Positions 16,439 through 24,611 of a stretch of DNA of 37,394 nt are shown here, piece after piece. A program made the position numbers and the translations under genes. The stretch's first letter is position 1. Each line of letters opens with the position of its first letter. The notes beneath the pieces were generated by a model that saw nothing but the letters and a program-made list of their open reading frames with translations, was not told the DNA's origin and ran no database searches. This DNA is from a virus. Lineage: Duplodnaviria; Caudoviricetes. The DNA lies in IMG/VR virus record IMGVR_UViG_3300031588_000004, positions 1 to 37,394 of that record. One strand, given 5' to 3'.

Positions 16439-16723
16439 CTGCCGCGATTCGAGAAGGGACACGAGAAGGTTGGCGGTCGGAAGCCTGGATCGCTCAACAA
16501 GAGCACCCGTTCAGTCCGTGACGCACTGGTACGTGCCCTCGAGGCTACTGCCGAAGATGGCGGCGAGGAGTTCTTCACCGATCTCCGCGACTCCGATCCC
16601 AAGACGTTCGCCACGCTCGTGAGCAAGCTCATTCCCAACCAGACACACATCACAGGCGACGAAGGTGGTCCGGTGGTGATTATCAAAGATTATACCGGGG
16701 GAGCCAGTGGCAGCAGCGACTGA
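16439..16723 (+). CDS. terS: Terminase small subunit (probable CTG start; GTG at 16424 is the alternative)
   Basis: FEKG...GGRKPGSLNKST motif and a GDEGGP tail, overlapping the start of terL. Confidence 0.75.
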   Translation: MPRFEKGHEKVGGRKPGSLNKSTRSVRDALVRALEATAEDGGEEFFTDLRDSDPKTFATLVSKLIPNQTHITGDEGGPVVIIKDYTGGASGSSD

Positions 16724-18161
16724 GGTCCGCCTGGGAGTGCCCCAGTATCCCGTGCTGAACGCCTTTCTGCGCTCACGGGAGCGCGTTTCAGCCATCATGG
16801 GTCCGTTGGGCTCGGGCAAGACCTTTGCAGCCGTGCAGCGCATTCTCCACCAAATGACTGAGCAGAAGCCAAACGCGAAGGGCCAGCGGCCCAGCCGGTG
16901 GCTTGCAGTCCGCAATACTTACCCTGATCTCATGTCCACCACTCAGAAGGATTTCTGCGCGGTTTTTGAGGGTCTGGGCAAGATGAGATACGGGGGACTG
17001 TCTCCACCGACGTTCACCGTGGACTTCCATCTCGAGGACGGCACGCACGTCTTGAGCGAGATGGTATTCCTCGCCCTCGACCGAGAGGATGGAGTCCGAA
17101 AGCTGCGTGGACAACAGGTCACTGGCGTGTGGTTCAACGAAGGCAAGGAAATCCAGAAGTCGATTATCGACATGGCCGACCTTCGTCACGGACGTTACCC
17201 GTCGATGGCCTCGGGTGGTGTCGAATGCACTTGGCATGGCATGATCCTCGACACCAACGCACCCGACGAAGACTCTTGGTATTACAACCTGGCCGAGGTT
17301 GTGCGGCCAAAGGGCTGGAAGTTCTTTCGCCAGCCGGGTGGCGTGTTTCCTGGGGACAAGGTGGGCGAGTGGATTCCGAACCCTGACGCCGAGAACCTCG
17401 AGAACCTACCAGAGGGCTACTACCGCCGAGGCTTGGAGGGCAAGTCGCACGATTGGATTCGTGTATCCCTCGCCAACGAGTATCACTTTCTGGTGGATGG
17501 TAAGCCTGTCCACCCGTGGTTCGTCGATTCAATCCACACGGCAGATGAACCCATCGAGGCAGACCGCCGCTATCCACTCATCATCGGCATTGACTTCGGG
17601 CGCACTCCTGCTGCGGTTGTCACCCAGCACATCGAGGACATGGGCCGGCGAGTCGTGCTGGACGAGCTGGTCGCCACCGATATGTCAGCGGCGATCTTCG
17701 GCCCCGAACTCAAACGCTGGCTAGACACGAAGTATTCGGAAATGCCGGTGGAGGTGTGGTGCGACCCATCAGGTTCAGCACAGGGTCAGGCTACCGAGGA
17801 CACACCGATCCGCATCCTTCGGGCTGCGGGCATTCCTGCGAAGCCGTGCGCGACGAACAACCCAGACCTGCGCCGTGCATCGGTGTCAAACCCAGCACTG
17901 CGCTTGTGCATGGACGGCAAGCCTGCACTCCAGGTCAGTCCCACAGCCAAGATGGTACGGAAAGGATTGATGGGCGGGTTTTGTTACCGCCGCATGAAGA
18001 TTGCAGGCAGTGAGCGTTACACCGACCTGCCAGACAAGAATGAGTATTCGCACCCGGTCGAAGCCGCAGAGTATGCGCTGATGGGTGGAGGCGAGGGACG
18101 AGCAGCACTGATCCCCGCGAATCGCAGCCGTGGCGGCAACCAGACTCAGGCGGTGATGTAA
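16707..18161 (+). CDS. terL: Terminase large subunit (484 aa)
   Basis: Walker A GPLGSGKT, Walker B VWFNE, coupling motif DTN, and nuclease GIDFG. Confidence 0.95.
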   Translation: MAAATEVRLGVPQYPVLNAFLRSRERVSAIMGPLGSGKTFAAVQRILHQMTEQKPNAKGQRPSRWLAVRNTYPDLMSTTQKDFCAVFEGLGKMRYGGLSPPTFTVDFHLEDGTHVLSEMVFLALDREDGVRKLRGQQVTGVWFNEGKEIQKSIIDMADLRHGRYPSMASGGVECTWHGMILDTNAPDEDSWYYNLAEVVRPKGWKFFRQPGGVFPGDKVGEWIPNPDAENLENLPEGYYRRGLEGKSHDWIRVSLANEYHFLVDGKPVHPWFVDSIHTADEPIEADRRYPLIIGIDFGRTPAAVVTQHIEDMGRRVVLDELVATDMSAAIFGPELKRWLDTKYSEMPVEVWCDPSGSAQGQATEDTPIRILRAAGIPAKPCATNNPDLRRASVSNPALRLCMDGKPALQVSPTAKMVRKGLMGGFCYRRMKIAGSERYTDLPDKNEYSHPVEAAEYALMGGGEGRAALIPANRSRGGNQTQAVM

Positions 18162-18565
18162 TGGGCCTCGACTTTTTCCGCGAAGAGACAAACTGGGAGC
18201 AAGCCCAGAGTGACGTGATCGCATGGGGCTACCCAAGGCCCGTGAGCGACCTCGAGGCTCAGTCCGCCTCCTGGGTCCGGTACGGCGAGAAAGTCCTTGT
18301 GTGGTTCCTCCAGGGCCCTGAGGAGGAAAGTCTCGCGTTACACGCATGTGCAGCGCCCGAGGCACGGGGTCGGTTGGGAACAGAGCGTCATATGACTGGA
18401 ATCGAGGTCATTGGCGAGCTGCTCGGTGCGAAGCGGCTGTGGAGTGTAACGGGCTTGCCGGGTGAAGATCCCCGCATCCCAAGGATTATCATGCGCCGGT
18501 TTCTATCGGCTCGAGGCTGGACGAATGCAGAACGCGGAACCTTTCGCGATTTAGGAGTGAACTGA
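18161..18565 (+). CDS. GNAT-fold-like protein (134 aa)
   Basis: LHACAAPEARG, GAKRLW and RRFLSARGW follow GNAT motif A/B spacing. Confidence 0.5.
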   Translation: MGLDFFREETNWEQAQSDVIAWGYPRPVSDLEAQSASWVRYGEKVLVWFLQGPEEESLALHACAAPEARGRLGTERHMTGIEVIGELLGAKRLWSVTGLPGEDPRIPRIIMRRFLSARGWTNAERGTFRDLGVN

Positions 18566-19288
18566 ATGGCGACACAGAACTATAGCGAGGGTGTATTTAA
18601 GCCTGCGTTTGGGGGTACCCGCGCTTACGACTACAGCGTGATGGGTGGAAAGAGATATGGCGAGGTTGATTGGGATGACCTCGCATCTGTGCAGAAATTC
18701 TCGGGGATTGCCAAGCAACAATGGGATCAGAAAAAGGCGCAGCTTGAACAAATCCCCTTGCAGAATACAGGTGATCGGCTGATTTCGTCTGGGAACATCG
18801 TAGATCCGGTAGTTGGCGTCAGGAACCCGTACTACTCCCAAGGATTAGGCCCGGAAAATTACAAAGGCATGTACGAGTCCGACCAGGTCGGCGATCAAGC
18901 CCGCTGGTTTGAGGCGAGTTACAACAAGTTTGAATTGCGAGCGCAGGAACTGAAGGGGATCGCTGCGGCTGGCGGGCCGAAACAATTCGCAGCCCAGCAG
19001 ACAGCGAGAGAAGCACTAAGCAAACCATTTGCCGAGGGTGCTCGGAGTGCAGAACTGTTGCGTCAGGACCGAGGGCCACGAGTGGGCGGCGGTGCACCTC
19101 AAGGCGGTGCGGGTCGGCAAGCCAATCGAGCAAGAGCAGCCGAGGGCCGACGCCTTACCTCTAGTGACCGTACAACCGGCAGCGGTGGCGGTGGCGGTGG
19201 CACTGCGAACAGGCGACTACGCGCTGCCAACTTACTCCGGCAACCACTCGGTGCAGGATCACAATCAGCAGCCCAATTGCTGGGCTAG
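18566..19288 (+). CDS. Hypothetical virion-associated protein (240 aa)
   Basis: Gly/Arg-rich C-terminal half ending QLLG, located before the portal. Confidence 0.65.
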   Translation: MATQNYSEGVFKPAFGGTRAYDYSVMGGKRYGEVDWDDLASVQKFSGIAKQQWDQKKAQLEQIPLQNTGDRLISSGNIVDPVVGVRNPYYSQGLGPENYKGMYESDQVGDQARWFEASYNKFELRAQELKGIAAAGGPKQFAAQQTAREALSKPFAEGARSAELLRQDRGPRVGGGAPQGGAGRQANRARAAEGRRLTSSDRTTGSGGGGGGTANRRLRAANLLRQPLGAGSQSAAQLLG

Positions 19289-19300
19289 AAGGAGAACACA

Positions 19301-19567
19301 ATGGGAATGGAAGCCTTAGTGATTGCGTCGATACTAGCCTCAACCGCGACCTCTCTTGCCACTCAGCCGAAGTCACCAAAATCGCCTGGGAAGCCCGAAG
19401 TACCGGCCGATCTGTCGGGGCAAGCGGAGCAGACTGCACGGCGTATGGCTGAACAACGGCGCAGGCAGGCTGGGCAAGGCGGTCGAGCCAGCACGATCAT
19501 GTCGGGCTCACCACTGGGTCAACCCGGTCAAGCCAACACATCCAGCAAGTACCTCACAGGGGCATAG
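19301..19567 (+). CDS. Small pre-portal virion protein (88 aa)
   Basis: AAGGAG RBS, hydrophobic N-terminus, PKSP repeats and GRASTI...LTG, as in small podovirus pre-portal proteins. Confidence 0.7.
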   Translation: MGMEALVIASILASTATSLATQPKSPKSPGKPEVPADLSGQAEQTARRMAEQRRRQAGQGGRASTIMSGSPLGQPGQANTSSKYLTGA

Positions 19568-19568
19568 A

Positions 19569-21221
19569 ATGGCGAAATCAGTAGAGGATTGTCTGCGTAA
19601 GCTCGCGGAGTTGGAAGGCCGCCGGTACAACTGGGATAGTCATTGGTCCGAGGTCGCCGAATTGGTGTGGCCTGCGGCGGATGAGTTCCTGACCTCTCGC
19701 ACTCCAGGTGAGAAGCGAAGCGCCACGATCTTCGACGCCACTGCTGCGTTAGCACTCGAGAAGTTTGCGGCGGCAATGGAGTCCATGCTCACGCCGAGGG
19801 CACAGAAGTGGCACACACTCAAGAGCACCAACGATGACCTAAACAAGGATTCAGCAGTCAAGAAGTGGTTTGAGGAGGTGGGCCGGATCATGTTCCAAGC
19901 CCGCAACTCGCCGAAGGCAGGCTACTACGCGCAGATGCACGAGGGCTACAAGAGTCTCGGTGCCTTTGGCAATGCGTGTTTGTTTGTCGATGAGCCCAAG
20001 CAAGGTGTCGGCGTGCGATACGTGCAATGCCATGTGGGTAGTGTGTTCATCGAACTCGACCCGGCACGCAAGGTAGATACCGTCTATCGCAAGTACACGA
20101 TGAGTGCGAAGGCAGCCGCTCAGGAGTGGGGACGGGACAAGCTACCGCCAAAGGTTGCGGTGGCATTCGAGTCCGTAGACAACCACTACAAGCAGTTTGA
20201 TTTCCTCCATGTTGTCACTCCGCAGCTCGAGCGCGATCAAGACCGCAAGGACTACCACGGTATGCCGTGGATGTCGTATCACATCAGCATTGATGATAAG
20301 GCGATTGTCGACGAGGGTGGGTACGAAGAGTTCCCGTACATGTACAGCCGTTACACGGTGAACCCGACCGAGATGTATGGCCGAGGTCCCGCGATGCTCG
20401 TGCTGCCCGCGATCAAGATGGCGCAGGAGATGCAGAAGACATTCATTCGCAGCGGGCACAAGATCGTGGACCCGCCGCTACTACTTCATGATGACGGTGT
20501 TCTGGGCACCGGCTCCAAACAGGTCAGATTGACCCCCGGCGGGCTGAACTACGGCGGCGTCGATGCTCAGGGCAGACCTCTTATCGTGCCGCTTCAAACC
20601 GGGGCACGGCTAGACATCACCGAGGGGATGCTCGAAAAAGAGAGGATGACAATCAACGACGCCTTTCTCGTGACGCTCTTTCAGATTCTTGTCGATCAGC
20701 CGCAGATGACAGCCACCGAGGCATTGATTCGTGCTCAGGAGAAGGGGCAACTGCTTGCACCTACCGTGGGTAGGCAGCAGTCCGAGATGCTTGGGCCTCA
20801 GATTCACCGTGAGTTCAACATTCTAGGCCGGCAGGGTTATCTGCCAGAGATGCCTGGTGTGTTGGCTGAGGCTGAAGGCGAGTACGACATTACCTACGAG
20901 AGTCCTGCGATGCGGTTTCAGCGCAGCGAGGAACTGGTAGGGATTCAGCGAACGCTAGAGATTGCCATGCCATTTGCTCAGGCTGATCCCAGCGTGCTGT
21001 CGATCTTCAAACCAGACGAGATCATTCGACTGGCGGCTGAGATCAACGGTGCACCTAGTGACATCCTGCACACTTCAGACGAGATGGAAGACATTGCCGA
21101 GCAGCAACAGCAGCAGGCGCAGCAACAGCAGCAGATGGAGAGTATGCAGCAGATTGCTCCGGCGATGAAGGATATGGCTCAGGCTCAGGCTGCACTGCCA
21201 GCGGAGGCTGGCGTTGCGTGA
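19569..21221 (+). CDS. Portal/head-tail connector (T7 gp8-like, 550 aa)
   Basis: IFDATA..ALE, GAFGNA, YGRGP and MTATEALIR motifs with a Gln-rich tail. True start at the ATG at 19569. Confidence 0.93.
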   Translation: MAKSVEDCLRKLAELEGRRYNWDSHWSEVAELVWPAADEFLTSRTPGEKRSATIFDATAALALEKFAAAMESMLTPRAQKWHTLKSTNDDLNKDSAVKKWFEEVGRIMFQARNSPKAGYYAQMHEGYKSLGAFGNACLFVDEPKQGVGVRYVQCHVGSVFIELDPARKVDTVYRKYTMSAKAAAQEWGRDKLPPKVAVAFESVDNHYKQFDFLHVVTPQLERDQDRKDYHGMPWMSYHISIDDKAIVDEGGYEEFPYMYSRYTVNPTEMYGRGPAMLVLPAIKMAQEMQKTFIRSGHKIVDPPLLLHDDGVLGTGSKQVRLTPGGLNYGGVDAQGRPLIVPLQTGARLDITEGMLEKERMTINDAFLVTLFQILVDQPQMTATEALIRAQEKGQLLAPTVGRQQSEMLGPQIHREFNILGRQGYLPEMPGVLAEAEGEYDITYESPAMRFQRSEELVGIQRTLEIAMPFAQADPSVLSIFKPDEIIRLAAEINGAPSDILHTSDEMEDIAEQQQQQAQQQQQMESMQQIAPAMKDMAQAQAALPAEAGVA

Positions 21222-21453
21222 TTCACTCCTGGCTCGCAGTCAGGCATACAAGTCGATCTTCGATGGAGAGAGGGCAACCGCCGTCTTGGATGACTTGGCA
21301 CGCTTTTGTCACGCCAACAGCACAACCCACGTCGAGGGTGACAGTCACGGCACGTCGCAGCTCGAGGGTCGCCGTCAGGTTTGGTTAAGGATTCAGGGAT
21401 TCAGGGATCTGGTGCAGAGCACCGAGGAACCGGCTGCCGAGGCCGAACAGTAA
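21214..21453 (+). CDS. Conserved post-portal protein (Bbp19-like, 79 aa)
   Basis: TTG start with GGAGG. Pattern Y..IF.G.....VL.DL..FC...EGRRQV.L.I. Confidence 0.75.
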   Translation: MRDSLLARSQAYKSIFDGERATAVLDDLARFCHANSTTHVEGDSHGTSQLEGRRQVWLRIQGFRDLVQSTEEPAAEAEQ

Positions 21454-21471
21454 TTACTAGGAGGAGTCATC

Positions 21472-22350
21472 ATGTCCGAAGAAGTAGCAGCACCCGCAGC
21501 ACCAGAAGTCGCGTCAGTCGCGTCAGAAGCCGCACCACTGACCGCAGTGAGTACGGAGGCACCGGAAGCCCCAGCATGGACTGCGGGGCTTGCAGAGGAC
21601 GCTCAGGGCTACGTCGAGAACAAGGGTTGGAAGGGTGCGGATCAGATGCTTGATTCGTACCGCAACCTCGAGAAGGCGATGGGCGCACCGGGCGATCAGG
21701 TGTTGCATCTGCCCAAGAATGCAGAGGATGCAGAGGCTTGGGGCAAGGTGTACTCGAAGCTAGGTAGACCAGAGGACGCGGCGGGTTACGAACTCAATGG
21801 TGGTCCCGAGGTTCCCGAGGGTAGTCTTGACCTCACTCCTGACCTTGCAAGCTGGGCACATGAGGCGGGTTTGTCGAAGACTCAGGCTCAGAGCATCTAT
21901 GAAAAGTACAACGGGCGGATGGAGCAGGCCGTCCAGGAGAATGAGAATCAGCGCATGGAGCAGGCTAGTGCCGAAGAGGCAGCTCTGCGGAAGGACTGGG
22001 GTGGTGCCTGGGAGGAGAACATTGCCGCCGGCAGCCGGTTTAGGCAGAAGTTTGGAATCAACGATGCCACGATGAACAAGCTGGAGAATGCACTGGGTGT
22101 GCGCGGTGTACTCGAGCTGGCGGCAGAGATTGGGCGAGGGCTGGGCGAGCATCAGGGAATGCCCAGCGGCGAGGACTCAGGCGCAGGCAGTCAGTTTGGC
22201 ATGACCCCGGCAGCCGCCAAGGCCAAGATCGCGGACTTGTTTCTAGACGATAAGTTCAAATCGGACTATCTCGTGAAGGGTTTGCCCGAGGCAAAGGCCC
22301 GAATGAACCGATTGCACGCACTCGCTCATCCAGAGGTTGCAACTGAGTAA
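21472..22350 (+). CDS. Capsid scaffolding protein (292 aa)
   Basis: AGGAGG RBS, Ala/Pro/Glu-rich N-terminus, SY.NLEK, KLGRP and L.KDWG. Lies directly before the capsid gene. Confidence 0.85.
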   Translation: MSEEVAAPAAPEVASVASEAAPLTAVSTEAPEAPAWTAGLAEDAQGYVENKGWKGADQMLDSYRNLEKAMGAPGDQVLHLPKNAEDAEAWGKVYSKLGRPEDAAGYELNGGPEVPEGSLDLTPDLASWAHEAGLSKTQAQSIYEKYNGRMEQAVQENENQRMEQASAEEAALRKDWGGAWEENIAAGSRFRQKFGINDATMNKLENALGVRGVLELAAEIGRGLGEHQGMPSGEDSGAGSQFGMTPAAAKAKIADLFLDDKFKSDYLVKGLPEAKARMNRLHALAHPEVATE

Positions 22351-22387
22351 CTTCTGTGACAAGGGAGTAACTGTACTACCGCAAGAC

Positions 22388-22519
22388 CATTGAACCACGG
22401 CCCCGGCATGGCAACCGGGCAAGCCTTCCAGCCAACGAAATGGCCCCGAGGTGGCACTCGGGCAAGCCCTGGAAGCCGTGTGTATTTCAATGATGGCCCC
22501 GCCAATGGGCGGATAAGCC
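22388..22519 (+). ncRNA. Candidate structured cis-regulatory RNA in the capsid 5' leader
   Basis: Three GGC-CCCG..loop..CGG(G/A)-YAA-GCC units (22399-22425, 22442-22468, 22495-22519). Long-range stems CATTGAA/TTCAATG, CACGGC/GCCGTG and CTTCCAG/CTGGAAG. Confidence 0.65.
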
Positions 22520-22556
22520 TCGCAAGGCGCAATTATGCGTCAGAGGACTATCTCAA

Positions 22557-23426
22557 ATGTCAGATCAAATCTCAACTGCCTTTGTGCAGCAATACAATAC
22601 GAACGTCGCCCACCTGCTTCAGCAGAAGGGTTCCAAACTCCGCGACAGTGTTATGACGAGTTCAGCCACCGGCAAAGCAGCAAAGGCTGTGGAGCAAGTG
22701 GGTGCAGTCAACGCAGTCAAGCGGACCACGCGGCACTCGGATACGCCGCTGATTTCCACTCCTCACGATGCACGCTGGGTCTTCCCGGTGGACTACGAGT
22801 GGGCGGATCTCATCGACGATCAGGACAAGGTGCGGATGCTCATTGATCCGCAGTCACCGTATGCCGTCAACGGGGCGTATGCCCTGGGCCGCGCCATTGA
22901 TGACGAAATCCTTGGATCGTTCTTTGCCACGAGCAAGACCGGCGAGAACGGCACCACGGACGAAGCCTTTTCGACTGATCAAGATGTGGCGATTGACGGG
23001 ACGAGCGCCCTGACCATCGCTCAACTGTTGGAAGGGAAGCGGCTGCTCATGCAAAACGAGGTCGATCTCGATAACGACCAGATTTTCATGGCAGTCACCG
23101 CAGCGCAGCATGAAGACCTCCTGGGCATGACACAGATCCAGACCATTGATTCCAATGCCACCAAGGTGTTGGTTGACGGTCGGGTGCGTTCATTCCTCGG
23201 AATCAACTTCATCACGACGGAGCGCATTCCCGGCTCTGCCGATCCTTATCCTCTCCCGATGTGGGCGAAGAGCGGGATGCACTTGTGCGTCTGGAACGAC
23301 ATCACCACCAAGATCAGTGAGCGCGAAGACAAGAGCTACGCGACTCAGGTTTATTGCAAGGCAACAGTCGGAGCGACTCGTATCGAGTCTGGCAAGGTTG
23401 TGCGGATTTACGCCGCGACCAACTAA
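22557..23426 (+). CDS. Major capsid protein (289 aa)
   Basis: MSDQISTAFVQQY...QQKGSKLR, DLIDDQDK, ALGRAIDD and GATRIE, of BPP-1/T7-like capsid type. Confidence 0.92.
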   Translation: MSDQISTAFVQQYNTNVAHLLQQKGSKLRDSVMTSSATGKAAKAVEQVGAVNAVKRTTRHSDTPLISTPHDARWVFPVDYEWADLIDDQDKVRMLIDPQSPYAVNGAYALGRAIDDEILGSFFATSKTGENGTTDEAFSTDQDVAIDGTSALTIAQLLEGKRLLMQNEVDLDNDQIFMAVTAAQHEDLLGMTQIQTIDSNATKVLVDGRVRSFLGINFITTERIPGSADPYPLPMWAKSGMHLCVWNDITTKISEREDKSYATQVYCKATVGATRIESGKVVRIYAATN

Positions 23427-23440
23427 GACCCATGATGTGA

Positions 23441-23470
23441 AGGGACCGGGGCGGAGTCGTGCCGGTCCCT
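23441..23470 (+). other. GC-rich hairpin after the capsid gene (attenuator/stabiliser; no U-tail)
   Basis: AGGGACCGG-N12-CCGGTCCCT forms a perfect 9-bp stem. Confidence 0.55.
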
Positions 23471-23503
23471 AAGCGTCACTGTTAGACAGAAGGAATCAAA
23501 ATC

Positions 23504-24025
23504 ATGGCAACGAATTACTTTTCAGATCTTTATGCAGGACTCGCAACCCCAAGCACCCTCGACATGCAGAAGCGTGCATCGGCAGGCGTGTCTCACGGGC
23601 GACTTCGATATGCAGTCGTAAGGTTCGATCCCGGTGAAGCTGTGACAATCAGCTCCAACGTCCGGCTCAAGCAGTTCAAGAGTGGAGATCGAATCAACTC
23701 GATCCTCATCTCTTGCACGGATGCCGGTACGGCAGGAGACCTGGACATCGGTCTCTACAAGTCTGGGGCAAACCACGACGGCGCTGTAGTTGACGCTGAC
23801 GTCTTTGCCACCGCGTTGGATGTGAATGCTGCTGCGCTTTCTCAGGTAGACGTGTTCGACGAGGCTGGGCTTGACGACCAGGACCGAGGCAAGACGCTTT
23901 GGGAACTCGCCGGTCAGTCTTCCGATCCGATGGAAGATTGGGACCTCACGCTGGATGCAGTCGAAGCGACTACGGCAGCGGGTTGGGAAGCGACAATCGA
24001 GATCTACTACACCGCAGGCGATTGA
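23504..24025 (+). CDS. Putative capsid cement/decoration protein (173 aa)
   Basis: Follows the capsid gene, beta-rich with DLDIGLY and VDADVFA motifs, AAGGA RBS. Confidence 0.6.
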   Translation: MATNYFSDLYAGLATPSTLDMQKRASAGVSHGRLRYAVVRFDPGEAVTISSNVRLKQFKSGDRINSILISCTDAGTAGDLDIGLYKSGANHDGAVVDADVFATALDVNAAALSQVDVFDEAGLDDQDRGKTLWELAGQSSDPMEDWDLTLDAVEATTAAGWEATIEIYYTAGD

Positions 24026-24047
24026 GTTCTAAGGGAGCCAGTAACGA

Positions 24048-24608
24048 ATGCCCAGTGCAACGGACATTTGCAACAGGGCGCTAAGTCGTGTTGGCGAAGC
24101 GCGGATTACTTCACTCACGGATGACTCTAAGCAGGCTCGCGCCTGTAGTAGTGCGTATGCACACATCCGTGACGAGGTATTCCGCGCTCACCCCTGGAAC
24201 TCGGTCATCACCCGCGCCAAGTTGGCAAAGCTCGCCGATGCGCCACCATTTGGGTATGACGCGCACTACCAACTGCCGGCGGATTGTCTGCGTGTAGTGG
24301 AGGTGTACAACACCTCTCTGCCGTGGGTTATCGAGGGCAGGAAACTGCTTTCAGACGAAGGCTCGCCGGTTTCCATGCGCTACGTGCGGCGTGAAGAAGA
24401 TCCCAATCAATGGGACTCTTTACTTCAAAGCACCGTTGCGGCACGTCTGGCGATGGAGCTGTGCGAGGAGCTTACGCAGAGCAACACCAAGCGGCAGATT
24501 GCAACCCAGGAATATCAGGGGTTGATGAGCTTGGCTCGGAAGGCAGACGGGCAAGAGTCTTCGCCCATGCCGTTCGAGGAGGATTCTTGGATCAACGCGA
24601 GGTATTGA
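24048..24608 (+). CDS. Tail tubular protein A/adaptor (T7 gp11-like, 186 aa)
   Basis: DICNRAL..VG...I.SL, HPWN and YQLPADCLR motifs. Confidence 0.9.
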   Translation: MPSATDICNRALSRVGEARITSLTDDSKQARACSSAYAHIRDEVFRAHPWNSVITRAKLAKLADAPPFGYDAHYQLPADCLRVVEVYNTSLPWVIEGRKLLSDEGSPVSMRYVRREEDPNQWDSLLQSTVAARLAMELCEELTQSNTKRQIATQEYQGLMSLARKADGQESSPMPFEEDSWINARY

Positions 24609-24611
24609 GAG

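Noticed and set aside
21102-21134. CAG/CAA repeat as a contingency locus
   Set aside because: It is an ordinary Gln-rich portal tail with mixed codons.
22399-22519. Mini CRISPR array
   Set aside because: The variation is inside the repeat units, the gaps are irregular (16 and 26 nt), and there are no cas genes. It fits an RNA structure better.
23441-23480. Rho-independent terminator after the capsid gene
   Set aside because: The stem is strong but has no U-tract, so it is kept only as a generic hairpin.
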